Positions 18,396 through 27,400 of a stretch of 32,000 nucleotides of DNA are shown here, piece by piece. Every line of letters starts with the position of its first letter. Positions within the stretch are counted from its first letter, which is position 1. This DNA is from Methanocaldococcus sp. FS406-22. GTDB taxonomy: Archaea; AGJL01; Methanococci; Methanococcales; Methanocaldococcaceae. Where the stretch lies: the NCBI RefSeq assembly GCF_000025525.1, contig NC_013887.1, positions 1,626,871 through 1,658,870 on the forward strand, read 5' to 3'. Below the pieces are notes generated by a model. The model did no database searches. It saw nothing but the letters and a program-made list of their open reading frames with translations, and was not told where the DNA came from. Made by a program: the position numbers and the translations under genes.

Positions 18396-19220
18396 TTAAA
18401 ACTTAATTTCATTCAATCCTAAAACATCAAATGTATTGTAGATGCCTTCTTTTTTGTCAGCAATAAATCTTATAGCCAAGATAACTCCATTTACAAATGC
18501 TTGTCTACTACTTGCTCTGTGAGTTAGCTCAATCCTCTCTCCATCTCCAGCAAAGATGACTGTATGGTCTCCTACAACATCTCCTCCTCTTAGTGCATGT
18601 ATCCCTATTTCTTCTTTCTTTCTCTCCCCAGTCATTCCATGCCTTCCATAAACAAAAACGCTCTCAATGCCTCTATTTGCCTTTATAATTTCAGCCGCTC
18701 TTAAGGCAGTTCCAGAAGGAGCATCTTTTTTATGTCTGTGGTGCATCTCTATAATTTCAATGTCATAATCTCCCAATTTCTTTGCCAAAAACTCTAAAGT
18801 TTTAAAGAATATATTAACCCCAATTGCAAAGTTTTGAGATATTACAGCAGCAACTTTATTTTCTTTTATCGCTTTTTCAATCTCTGCTTTTTGCTCTTCA
18901 GTGAAACCAGTAGTCCCAATAATTAGCTTAACTCCATTTTTAGCAGCTATTTTAACATTCTCAACACATGCATGGGCTATGGTAAAATCAACCAATACAT
19001 CTGGTTTTGTTTCTTTCAAAACTTTATCTAACTCATCTGCAGTTGATAATGGAACGCCAATTTTTCCAATGCCTATTAATTCTCCAACATCCTCTCCCTT
19101 TTTTGGATGATTTGGAACTTCAAAGGCACAAACAACTTTCATATCATCTTGCTGGCAGATAGTTTTAATTATATTGCTTCCCATTCTTCCCAAAGCTCCA
19201 GTAACTGCCACTTTAATCAT
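18396..19220 (-). CDS. dapB: 4-hydroxy-tetrahydrodipicolinate reductase
   Basis: MIKVAVTGALGRMGSNIIK, DFTIAHACVENVKIA, GTTGF, EIIEMHHRHKKDAPSGTAL. Confidence 0.97.
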   Translation of the reverse strand: MIKVAVTGALGRMGSNIIKTICQQDDMKVVCAFEVPNHPKKGEDVGELIGIGKIGVPLSTADELDKVLKETKPDVLVDFTIAHACVENVKIAAKNGVKLIIGTTGFTEEQKAEIEKAIKENKVAAVISQNFAIGVNIFFKTLEFLAKKLGDYDIEIIEMHHRHKKDAPSGTALRAAEIIKANRGIESVFVYGRHGMTGERKKEEIGIHALRGGDVVGDHTVIFAGDGERIELTHRASSRQAFVNGVILAIRFIADKKEGIYNTFDVLGLNEIKF

Positions 19221-19338
19221 ATCATCACCATAAAATTTTCTTAGATACTTTTTTTATTGCTTAATCATTTATAAATAGTTGATGTATATAAATGCTGTAG
19301 GCAAATTATTATAATCTACAAACAGCATTATAAATGGG

Positions 19339-20682
19339 ATGGTTATGTTTGTGAATAGAAAGGAGGAGCTTGAATTTCTTAATAGAAAATGGAAAGAGGA
19401 CAAAGCCAACCTAATAATCATCTATGGAAGGAGGAGAGTTGGAAAAACAATGCTTATAAAAAAATTCCTTGAGAATAAAAAAGGCATTTGTGTCTTGCTA
19501 ACCAATGACTCCATGAATGAAAATCTAAATGAGCTTAAAAAAGCATTTTCAAATTTAACTGGAAAGGAGTATTTTAAAAATTTAGATGTTGGTTTAGTGG
19601 AGCTTTTTAGATATTTAAGGGATGAGATTAAAGATGATAAGGTTGTTATAGCACTTGATGAATTTCAATACCTAATGCAATTAAATAAGGGAATTTTAAG
19701 CATCTTTCAAAAGATTTGGGATGAGATTTTGGCAGATACAAAAGTTTTTTTAATAATTTGTGGTTCAAGTATTGGAATGATGGAGAGTATCTTAGAGTAT
19801 AAAAGCCCTCTTTATGGAAGAAGGACTGGGCAGTGGAAATTAAACCCTTTTAATATTAGAGGAGTTAGGGAGATGTTTCTAAGGAAAAATTTTGAGGAGT
19901 TGGTTAAAATCTATGCTACATTTGGGGGAACTCCTTTTTATTTAGCTCAAGTTGATGAAAGTTTGAGTGTTGAAGAGAATATAAAACAAAAAATCCTTAG
20001 AAAGGGAGAATTACTGTATGAAGAGCCAGAGTTCTTGTTAAGGGAGGAACTTAGAGAGCCAAGGGTCTATAAGCTGATTTTGAAGTATATAGCCCTTGGC
20101 TATAACACCTTAGGAAAGCTTGCTGATGTTACTGGATTGGATAGGGGGAATCTGTCAAAGTATATTGAAACTCTGGAACGTCTTGACATTTTGGGCTATT
20201 GCCTCCCATATAAAAAGAGGAAGAGAGGGATTTATTACATCAAAGACAATTTTATAAACTTCTGGTTTAGGTTTGTCTATCCAAACATGGGAGATTTGGA
20301 AATTGGCAATGTAGATGATGTTTATAACAAAATCTTGGACTCTCTAAATGAATATTATGGAAAAATGTTTGAAAATCTTGTATTTGAGATGCTTAAACTT
20401 AAAATTATTGATTTTGGACAGAAAGAAGTAGCTAAGTGGTGGCATAAGGGGGAAGAGATTGATGTTTTAGCTTATAATGATGAGAAGATGATAGCCTTTG
20501 AAGTAAAATGGAAGGATTTGAGTTTTAAGGAGGCAAAAGGAATTTTGAAGGATTTAGAGAGAAAACTCAAAATGGTTGATTTTGATGGAGAAAAAGAGTG
20601 CTATGTTATAGCAAAGAGTATTGAACGGAAAGAAGAACTAAAAGCCCTTGATTTAAAAGATTTAGAGAGATTTATTTGTTAA
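19339..20682 (+). CDS. Archaeal ATPase (Archaeal_ATPase/DUF234 type)
   Basis: 447 aa; [14 protein letters not shown], Walker [19 protein letters not shown]-terminal [26 protein letters not shown] nuclease-like segment. Confidence 0.88.
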   Translation: MVMFVNRKEELEFLNRKWKEDKANLIIIYGRRRVGKTMLIKKFLENKKGICVLLTNDSMNENLNELKKAFSNLTGKEYFKNLDVGLVELFRYLRDEIKDDKVVIALDEFQYLMQLNKGILSIFQKIWDEILADTKVFLIICGSSIGMMESILEYKSPLYGRRTGQWKLNPFNIRGVREMFLRKNFEELVKIYATFGGTPFYLAQVDESLSVEENIKQKILRKGELLYEEPEFLLREELREPRVYKLILKYIALGYNTLGKLADVTGLDRGNLSKYIETLERLDILGYCLPYKKRKRGIYYIKDNFINFWFRFVYPNMGDLEIGNVDDVYNKILDSLNEYYGKMFENLVFEMLKLKIIDFGQKEVAKWWHKGEEIDVLAYNDEKMIAFEVKWKDLSFKEAKGILKDLERKLKMVDFDGEKECYVIAKSIERKEELKALDLKDLERFIC

Positions 20683-20735
20683 TTTAAGCATCTTTTATGC
20701 TCCTCAATATCAAACTCAACTTCGTAATATTTGTT
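20679..20735 (-). pseudogene. Fragment duplicating the C-terminus of the neighbouring gene (20746-21288)
   Basis: Reverse strand reads [18 protein letters not shown], matching [20 protein letters not shown] of the adjacent gene; an in-frame stop lies immediately upstream. Confidence 0.8.
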
Positions 20736-20745
20736 TTATCGATAT

Positions 20746-21288
20746 TTAATTCTCACTTAGGCATCTTTTATGCTCTACTACATCAAAATCGATTTCATAA
20801 TATTTATAAATTTCATCTGCAAGGTTTTCAGCAAATTCTTTAGCTTTATCTTTGCTTTCAAACCCTAAAACCCAAATTCCCCACATCGTCTCCCAGTTAG
20901 AAGATAGCTTACAACTCTCTTTTATAGGATTTTTTCCATTAAATTTGTGGATAACTATTTTTTTGTTCTTCCAATCGATATATAGGGCATAGTTCTCTCC
21001 TTCTATTTTAACATTTTCAATATTCTCTCCATAAGCTTTATTTTTAACATTTCTCTCTAAGTAAGTTTTAATAAATTTATTTAATGGCAGTCTTGAGATT
21101 TTAACCCTAACATTTTTAAAAATCTCTTCTAAAGTTTCTTCAATCTCCTCTTCTTCAATCCAGTTTAGGGTTGTTGGGGTTAGAATGGTTATATATCTAT
21201 CTCCATCAATTTCTACATCTAAGATTTTTAAGTATTCATCAGAAATGCCAAACTGCCTTAATATCTTTATTAATTCTTCCATAATCAT
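20746..21288 (-). CDS. Hypothetical protein, translationally coupled to a HEPN-like protein
   Basis: 180 aa; its start overlaps the stop of the upstream gene by 4 nt (21285-21288). Confidence 0.8.
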   Translation of the reverse strand: MIMEELIKILRQFGISDEYLKILDVEIDGDRYITILTPTTLNWIEEEEIEETLEEIFKNVRVKISRLPLNKFIKTYLERNVKNKAYGENIENVKIEGENYALYIDWKNKKIVIHKFNGKNPIKESCKLSSNWETMWGIWVLGFESKDKAKEFAENLADEIYKYYEIDFDVVEHKRCLSEN

Positions 21289-21755
21289 TCCTCTAACATT
21301 ATATATAGCTTTAAGAGTTTTTCAATAATCTCAAGCTTCTCAATGATGATTGCTATAAGTTGGTTGTGTCTATAGCTATAAAGCTCTTGCCTTAATATAT
21401 GCAAATAATGGAAAAACTTTAGCTTTAAATAGCTCTCTTTAAACTCCTCCCAATGTTCTTCATAGTGCTTTCCATGCTCTATCCTTGGAGATAATATATA
21501 GTCAGATGCATGCCTATAAAGCTTTAAATCCATTAAGAAGTTTCTAATCTTTTTGCTAAAATGGGCATATCTCTCCTTATTGTGCCAATCCTCAATGTTT
21601 TCTCTAATATAGAATTCAAATGCATTTAATAAATATAGCATCCCATAATAAAATCTCGACACAAAAGTCCTTAAATCAAATTCTTTTAATGCGTTAATAC
21701 AACTGTCTAAAAAATGAATGCACTCTTTTAAATAAGTGTTATTTAGGTTATGCAT
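21285..21755 (-). CDS. HEPN-like helical protein
   Basis: [19 protein letters not shown] ... [23 protein letters not shown] resembles HEPN helices. The start is taken as [11 protein letters not shown]; the ORF extends to 21776. Confidence 0.55.
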   Translation of the reverse strand: MHNLNNTYLKECIHFLDSCINALKEFDLRTFVSRFYYGMLYLLNAFEFYIRENIEDWHNKERYAHFSKKIRNFLMDLKLYRHASDYILSPRIEHGKHYEEHWEEFKESYLKLKFFHYLHILRQELYSYRHNQLIAIIIEKLEIIEKLLKLYIMLEE

Positions 21756-23025
21756 TCTTCCCATCACCCAAGACATAAACTTTAAAGCCCTCTTCCTCCC
21801 ACAAATCTCTCTTTAATATATTTTTAGTGTCAAGGATTAATTTATTGTTTACCTTTGAGGCAATCTTCTTTATATCCTCTTTATCAAAATTTCTGTATTC
21901 ATCATGTTCAGCTAATACCACAATAATATCCGCCCCATTAATAGCTTCCTCTAAACTATTTAAAGGATAAATAAAGTCTCTTGCATATTTATCATAGCAT
22001 TTAACTTCAAAACCTTCATCTATTAATTTACTAACAACCTTTTCAGCAGGACTCTCTCTTGTGTCATCAACATTTCCTTTATAAGTTACCCCAAATATAG
22101 CTATTTTTCCATTATCTTTTTTAATTATTTTTTTAATCTTCTCAACAACAAACAACGGCATGGAGTCGTTTAACTCTCTTGCAGTTCTTATAAGTTTGGC
22201 ATTTTTTGATTTTTCAACAATAAACCATGGGTCTATGCTTATACAATGCCCTCCTACTCCAGGCCCTGGTTTTAGAATATTTACTCTCGGGTGCTTATTA
22301 GCTAACTCTATAGCCTCCCAGACGTTGATGCCAATCTCCTCTGCAATCTTTGCAAACTCATTAGCTAGGGCAATATTAACATCCCTATATGTGTTTTCCA
22401 TTAACTTAACCATCTCTGCAGTTTTTGCATCAGTTAAATAAATCTTTCCAGTAACAAAGGTTTCATAAATCTCCTTAGCCATTTCAGCAGATTTTTCGTC
22501 AACTCCACCTATAACTCTGTCGTTCTCAACAAGCTCCTTCAATATATTTCCAGGCAGAACCCTCTCTGGACAGTGAGCTAAATAAATTTTTTTATCCTTT
22601 GAGAGTTTTTTGTAAATCTCATCTGTTGTTCCGGGAGGAATTGTGCTTTCTATAATAATTAAATTTCCATCTTCAAGACAGGGCTTTATGCTTTCAATAG
22701 CTTTATTTAGGTAATTTAAGTCACATTTCTTTTCTCCGTTGCATTCAATACAAGGAGTAGGAACGCAGATAATAAAAACATCCGCCTTTTCTGGCTTTGT
22801 TTGCACTTTTAAGTTTCCAGAATTTATGGCCCCTTTAACTAATGTCATTAAATCTTTTTCTGTTGTTTTAAAGCTTAGCTCTTTAATTTCCTTAACCCGT
22901 TTCTCGTTAATATCTACCCCAATAACATTAAATCCATGTATTGCTAACATTGAGGCAGTTGGTAATCCAATATATCCTAAACCAATTACACATATCTTCT
23001 TCCCATTACCATTTTTCTTTGCCAT
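21748..23025 (-). CDS. wecC: UDP-N-acetyl-D-mannosamine dehydrogenase type
   Basis: [77 protein letters not shown]. The start is taken as [10 protein letters not shown] after gggatagg. Confidence 0.92.
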   Translation of the reverse strand: MAKKNGNGKKICVIGLGYIGLPTASMLAIHGFNVIGVDINEKRVKEIKELSFKTTEKDLMTLVKGAINSGNLKVQTKPEKADVFIICVPTPCIECNGEKKCDLNYLNKAIESIKPCLEDGNLIIIESTIPPGTTDEIYKKLSKDKKIYLAHCPERVLPGNILKELVENDRVIGGVDEKSAEMAKEIYETFVTGKIYLTDAKTAEMVKLMENTYRDVNIALANEFAKIAEEIGINVWEAIELANKHPRVNILKPGPGVGGHCISIDPWFIVEKSKNAKLIRTARELNDSMPLFVVEKIKKIIKKDNGKIAIFGVTYKGNVDDTRESPAEKVVSKLIDEGFEVKCYDKYARDFIYPLNSLEEAINGADIIVVLAEHDEYRNFDKEDIKKIASKVNNKLILDTKNILKRDLWEEEGFKVYVLGDGKNA

Positions 23026-23142
23026 CCTATCCCAATTTAGTGTTTTAAGATTCTTTATAGCCAGAGTATATAACCACAAACTACAAAAACCTTAAGGTTA
23101 TAATTATCTCCACACCTATAAAATTATTTGTGAGGGATTGTC

Positions 23143-24330
23143 ATGGAAAGAATAGCTGTTTTGGCATACTCTGGAGGGTTAGATACAAGCTGTTGCTTAA
23201 AGTTATTGGAAGATAAGTATGGATATAAGGTAGTTTCTGTCTGTGTGGATGTTGGACAGCCAGAGGAGGAAATAAAGGAGGTTGAGGAAAAAGCTAAAAA
23301 ATTGGGAGTTTTAAAGCACTACACAATAGATGCAAAGGAGGAGTTTGTTAAAGATTACATATTTAGAGCTATAAAGGCAAATGCAATGTATGAAGGCTAC
23401 CCACTATCAACTGCTTTAGCAAGGCCTTTAATTGCTTATAAAGTTGTTGAAGTTGCCTTAAAAGAGGATGCTGAGGCAGTTGCTCATGGATGCACTGGAA
23501 AAGGTAACGACCAGTTTAGATTTGAAACAACCATAAGGATTAAAGCTCCACATCTAAAAATTATAGCTCCAATTAGAGATTTAAACTTAACAAGGGCTGA
23601 AGAGATTGAATATGCCAAAGAAAAAGGCATTCCAATTCCAACTGAAAGCAAAAAATATAGTATAGATGAAAACTTATGGGGTAGAAGTATTGAAGGTAGT
23701 GAATTGGAAGACCCTAACTTTGTTCCACCAGAAGAGATATATGCATGGACTAAAAATCCAGTTGAAGATAAAGAGGAGGAGATTGTTGAGATTGAGTTTA
23801 AAGAGGGAGTTCCAGTAGCTATAAATGGAGAGAAATTAAATCCTGTTGAATTAATAAAGAGAGCTAATGAGATTGCTGGAAAGCATGGTGTAGGAAGAAT
23901 AGATATTATTGAAGATAGAATTATTGGCTTAAAGTCAAGAGAAAACTATGAATGTCCAGGGGCTGTTTTATTATTAACTGCCCACAAGGCGTTAGAGCAA
24001 TTAGTTTTGACAAGGGATGAACTTAGATTTAAGGAGATTGTTGATAGTCTTTATGGAGAGCTAATCTATAAAGGATTGTGGTTTGACCCATTGAGGGAGG
24101 ATTTAGATGCCTTTATTGACAAAACACAAGAGAGAGTTACTGGAACTGTTAAGGTTAGGTTATTTGGTGGAACTGCAAGGGTTGTTGGTAGAGACAGCCC
24201 TTACGCTTTATACAGCAAAGAGATGGTTTCGTTTGATGAAAAAGAGATTGACCAAAAGGAGTTAGCTGGAATGGTTAAGTATCATGGATTACAGGCAATG
24301 TTGTATGAGATGAGAAAAAATAGGAAATAA
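23143..24330 (+). CDS. argG: Argininosuccinate synthase
   Basis: [47 protein letters not shown]. Confidence 0.98.
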   Translation: MERIAVLAYSGGLDTSCCLKLLEDKYGYKVVSVCVDVGQPEEEIKEVEEKAKKLGVLKHYTIDAKEEFVKDYIFRAIKANAMYEGYPLSTALARPLIAYKVVEVALKEDAEAVAHGCTGKGNDQFRFETTIRIKAPHLKIIAPIRDLNLTRAEEIEYAKEKGIPIPTESKKYSIDENLWGRSIEGSELEDPNFVPPEEIYAWTKNPVEDKEEEIVEIEFKEGVPVAINGEKLNPVELIKRANEIAGKHGVGRIDIIEDRIIGLKSRENYECPGAVLLLTAHKALEQLVLTRDELRFKEIVDSLYGELIYKGLWFDPLREDLDAFIDKTQERVTGTVKVRLFGGTARVVGRDSPYALYSKEMVSFDEKEIDQKELAGMVKYHGLQAMLYEMRKNRK

Positions 24331-24340
24331 AACTCTTTAA

Positions 24341-24973
24341 TTAAAATTTTTTATTTTTTATTTTTTTATTATGATTGTCTAAATGGATTAAAGAAGGCAT
24401 TACTGTTTTTTGATAGGTATATTTAGAGCTTTTCCTCTCTGAATAACCAACATCTGCTGGAGATAACAACTTGCTAAATATTAACTGCCCAATTCTCTGA
24501 TTTTTATATAAAATAACTGGCCTATCAAAAGCTACAATCTCCAAAGTTATCTTTCCCTTAAAACCAGCATCAATCCATCCAGCAGTTTGGTGGGAGGTTA
24601 AAAAAACTCTTCCTAAACTACTTCTACCTTGGTATTGGGCACATATATCATTTGGAAGCTCAATATACTCATTTGTTGTACCTAAAACTCCTCCTTCAAC
24701 AACGTAATCAACATCATATTTCTCTTTAAAATAGTTGATTTTTTCTTCAGTTAAATTGTAGTTTAGAGGGCAAACTAAAATAGAATTTTTTATCTTTATT
24801 CTTTTGTAATTTAGCTCTTTTGACAAATCATAAACTTCATCATCATAGATTATAAATTCATCTCCTAAGGTTACATCGTATGAGCAAGGCCCTACGAAGT
24901 CTTTGTTAAATGGCTCAATAATAATCCTTTTTGATGTAACATAGTCAATAATGTCTTTATCGCTTAGAATCAT
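24341..24973 (-). CDS. dcd: dCTP deaminase (bifunctional dCTP deaminase/dUTPase type)
   Basis: MILSDKDIIDYV, GPCSYDVTLGDEF, QGRSSLGRVFLTSHQTAGWIDAGFKGKITLE, QRIGQLIF. Confidence 0.95.
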   Translation of the reverse strand: MILSDKDIIDYVTSKRIIIEPFNKDFVGPCSYDVTLGDEFIIYDDEVYDLSKELNYKRIKIKNSILVCPLNYNLTEEKINYFKEKYDVDYVVEGGVLGTTNEYIELPNDICAQYQGRSSLGRVFLTSHQTAGWIDAGFKGKITLEIVAFDRPVILYKNQRIGQLIFSKLLSPADVGYSERKSSKYTYQKTVMPSLIHLDNHNKKIKNKKF

Positions 24974-25129
24974 AAGTTATCACCAAGAAGTATTTTATGG
25001 AGATTACATTTGTTTGGATATTAAACATAATATTAATTTTTAAATTTTCTTTATAATAATGTAACTATATATTTAAATATTTGGATGTTATTAGTAACAA
25101 AAAGAAATAAATAAACTTGGACATAATTA

Positions 25130-25375
25130 TTATGGATTAAGCTCATTAGTTACCTTACTTAGATTTCCTATAAACTTATTTGCTGTTTGATTTATAGTTT
25201 TTGTAAAGTTTTCAGACTGATTTCCAGCTGCTTTAGCAGCTGTTCCAACATTTTTTACATAGAAGTATGCGGCAATTATCGCAACTAATACAGCAGCTGC
25301 AACTAAAATACCAACTTCCATTGATAATTGCCCTTTCTTTGACAATAATTTCTTTAAAAGTTTCATCGTATCCAC
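25130..25375 (-). CDS. Class III signal peptide (DUF361) pilin-like protein
   Basis: 81 aa; LSKKGQLSMEVGILVAAAVLVAIIAAYFYV matches the QxSxE prepilin cleavage/helix pattern of methanogens. Confidence 0.88.
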   Translation of the reverse strand: MDTMKLLKKLLSKKGQLSMEVGILVAAAVLVAIIAAYFYVKNVGTAAKAAGNQSENFTKTINQTANKFIGNLSKVTNELNP

Positions 25376-25495
25376 CCATTTATAGTTCGTTAATAATTTC
25401 CCGATGTTTTAATTATATGTTTTAAACCACACTTTATTATCTTAATATATTTGTTATATATACTTTTTGATTTCTTTGTATTACAGAGATAGTAG

Positions 25496-25750
25496 TTAAT
25501 CTACAAGTTTAACTGAATTATTTAATAATTTTATGTATTGAGATGACTTATTGTTGGTAACATTTATAAATTCTCTTGCCTTTTCTCCAGTTTTGTTCAT
25601 TTCATGACCTAAATCTTTTGCAGATAGTACAAAAAAATACGCCATAATTATAGCTACCAACGATGCTGAGCTTGCTAATATAATAATTTCCATTGATATC
25701 TGTCCTTTTCTGGACAGTGTTTTCTTTTTTATTGATTTCATAATTGACAA
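25496..25750 (-). CDS. Class III signal peptide (DUF361) pilin-like protein
   Basis: 84 aa; LSRKGQISMEIIILASSASLVAIIMAYFFV; a tandem paralogue of 25130-25375. Confidence 0.88.
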   Translation of the reverse strand: MSIMKSIKKKTLSRKGQISMEIIILASSASLVAIIMAYFFVLSAKDLGHEMNKTGEKAREFINVTNNKSSQYIKLLNNSVKLVD

Positions 25751-25851
25751 CTCCCCTAGCTATTAACAAAATTAACATAACAAACACTAAAATAACATAA
25801 AATGCTTAATAACAAATCCAAAAAATTTAATAACAACATTTGGTAGTAAAA

Positions 25852-26130
25852 TTAAGATTCTATATTTTTTGATAATTGTAAAATTTCGTATATATAATTT
25901 TTGAATGCAACCCTGCCTTTCTTAGTAATTTTAACTATTGTTTTAATTTTACCTTTTATTATTGATTTTTTTATTTCTATAAATCCACTTTCTTCCAATT
26001 TCTTTAAATGATGCTCCAAATTACCATCAGTTAAATTTAATTTTTCTTTTAAATAGCTAAATTCACAGTATTCCAAACCATACAATAAAGCCAATATTTT
26101 AACCCTAACAACAGAGTTAAATATTTTCAT
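25852..26130 (-). CDS. Winged-helix transcriptional regulator
   Basis: MKIFNSVVRVKILALLYGLEYCEFSYLKEKLNLTDGNLEHHLKKLEESGFIEIKKS is a wHTH. The ATG at 26130 fits; the extension to 26244 runs into the promoter and operator region. Confidence 0.85.
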   Translation of the reverse strand: MKIFNSVVRVKILALLYGLEYCEFSYLKEKLNLTDGNLEHHLKKLEESGFIEIKKSIIKGKIKTIVKITKKGRVAFKNYIYEILQLSKNIES

Positions 26131-26189
26131 AATTTCACTTTTCTTTACACATAACCAAATTTTATTTATTTTTTGTCCGAATTGATTCA

Positions 26190-26234
26190 TTAGGCATATT
26201 TTTGCATATTTTGCATGCATTTTCATATAAATCC
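26190..26234 (-). promoter_or_regulatory. Promoter and putative operator of the wHTH gene
   Basis: Reverse-strand TATA-like ggatttatatg at about 26224-26234, followed by GCAT repeats at 26194, 26204, 26213 and 26217 near the expected start site. Confidence 0.5.
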
Positions 26235-26252
26235 TTATACGCATCAGATAAA

Positions 26253-26268
26253 CCGAAAAACTTATAAA
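26253..26268 (+). promoter_or_regulatory. Archaeal BRE/TATA promoter for the ncRNA candidate
   Basis: ccgaaaaac followed by ttataaa, a close match to the BRE-TATA pattern of Methanocaldococcus stable RNA genes. Confidence 0.65.
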
Positions 26269-26289
26269 GTTAGAATCAAAAACATGCTA

Positions 26290-26520
26290 AATGTCGATTC
26301 CAATTGTGGTGATATAAAATGATTGTAGAGGTTAAAGTTGCTGTATTCGAATAAAGTCCCCACGTCAGGGGACGTGAATGTGATAACTAATCTAATAACT
26401 CACATTTAGGCAACCTCTGCCCTCCTAAATGGACGGTGGAGGTTGGTCTGTCCCGTTAAGGGAGCGGGTGCTGATGAAAACCTATTCAGATTATGTCGGA
26501 AGTAATCATTTGGAATGTTT
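26290..26520 (+). ncRNA. Candidate structured noncoding RNA (boundaries approximate)
   Basis: 59 of 120 nt GC over 26361-26480 and 36 of 60 over 26411-26470 in an AT-rich background; helices at 26356-26373, 26375-26408 and 26411-26445; long-range pairing attccaa 26297-26303 with ttggaat 26510-26516; promoter upstream; no long ORF. Confidence 0.7.
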
Positions 26521-27063
26521 GATATGATTTGGATAGGTTTTGAAGCACCTCAAAAAACATAAAGCAACTAAAAACTGAACAAAGGCAAAAATTAAAAACT
26601 GATATTCGTGAAATATAAACATTGGGATTGAAGAGAGCATCATTAACAGTCCTAAAATTTCTCTTTTCCTTGATTTAAATAAAATTCCATCGATATTTAA
26701 TAATAATCCAAATATAATGGCAATAGAAACTCCAGAAATTTTTGGATAAGTGTATAATGTAATAAAAGATAAAATAATAACTGCAATCATCCCATATCTA
26801 ACAATCCTCTCAAAAATCTTATCAAAATAACATTTAGTTTTTTTATAGAGCTTTTGTTGCCTAACAATCAATATACCACCAATGATTAATAACAGTGAGA
26901 TTATAAACAAAATATTGAAACTCCAGTATTTTATAGATATATAAATTAAAACAAAAATTAATGAACTCAAAAAATAGGAAATAAAATAGACTTTGTTTTT
27001 GTAATCTACATCTTCTGATGTATAGCTCTCCTCAACTAATTCTAAGATTTCCTTAGCATTCAT
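26506..27063 (-). CDS. Small hypothetical membrane protein
   Basis: 185 aa with about 5 hydrophobic helices. Confidence 0.7.
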   Translation of the reverse strand: MNAKEILELVEESYTSEDVDYKNKVYFISYFLSSLIFVLIYISIKYWSFNILFIISLLLIIGGILIVRQQKLYKKTKCYFDKIFERIVRYGMIAVIILSFITLYTYPKISGVSIAIIFGLLLNIDGILFKSRKREILGLLMMLSSIPMFIFHEYQFLIFAFVQFLVALCFLRCFKTYPNHIKHSK

Positions 27064-27079
27064 AAAAATCCCTTAAAAG

Positions 27080-27400
27080 TTATTTTCTTAAATAAATGTA
27101 AGCTTCATACTCCTTTCCATCATTCCCTATTGCAGTAGTTTTCTCTCTAATGTAATAAACATCTAAATCCTCATAATCATCAAAAATCTCTAATTCATTA
27201 TCTGTAATGTCTAACAATATAATGCCATCAATATAACTTCCTTCCTTTTTCCTTGCCCCATAATATCCAATTGTTTCATCAAAAAACTTCTCATAACCAT
27301 AAACTCTACCTTTAATCATCTTTGGCACTCTATTTATCAACTCCAACAATCTCTCCTTCTTCATCAACTCCCCATAGGCAAATACATTATATGTTGGCAT
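27080..27400 (-). CDS. Gamma-glutamylcyclotransferase (AIG2-like) family protein
   Basis: 106 aa; YNVFAYGELMKKERL, GRVYGYEKFF, DGIILLDITDNELEIFDDYEDL. Confidence 0.88.
   Translation of the reverse strand: MPTYNVFAYGELMKKERLLELINRVPKMIKGRVYGYEKFFDETIGYYGARKKEGSYIDGIILLDITDNELEIFDDYEDLDVYYIREKTTAIGNDGKEYEAYIYLRK

Noticed and set aside
18901-19110. Antisense 69-aa ORF in dapB
   Set aside because: Shadow of a highly conserved gene.
22160-23095. Antisense ORFs (93 and 119 aa) opposite the dehydrogenase
   Set aside because: Shadow ORFs of a strongly supported enzyme gene.
24331-24372. Long A/T-rich tract between argG and dcd
   Set aside because: Ordinary low-complexity spacer; the T-runs are enough for archaeal termination and nothing more specific is supported.
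25602-25787. Reverse-strand 61-aa ORF overlapping the pilin-like gene in another frame
   Set aside because: The pilin-like frame has a clear class III signal peptide; this one has no support.
26130-26244. N-terminal extension of the wHTH protein (MRIRIYMKMHAKYAKICLMNQFGQ...)
   Set aside because: This segment overlaps the predicted TATA box and GCAT repeats, and the ATG at 26130 begins the recognisable wHTH domain.
26290-26520. tRNA, C/D box or H/ACA guide identity for the structured region
   Set aside because: No cloverleaf or T-loop with GGTTCRAxxCC; only a partial C-box-like ctgatga without paired D boxes; no well-placed ACA under a clear pseudouridylation pocket. It was left as an unclassified ncRNA candidate.
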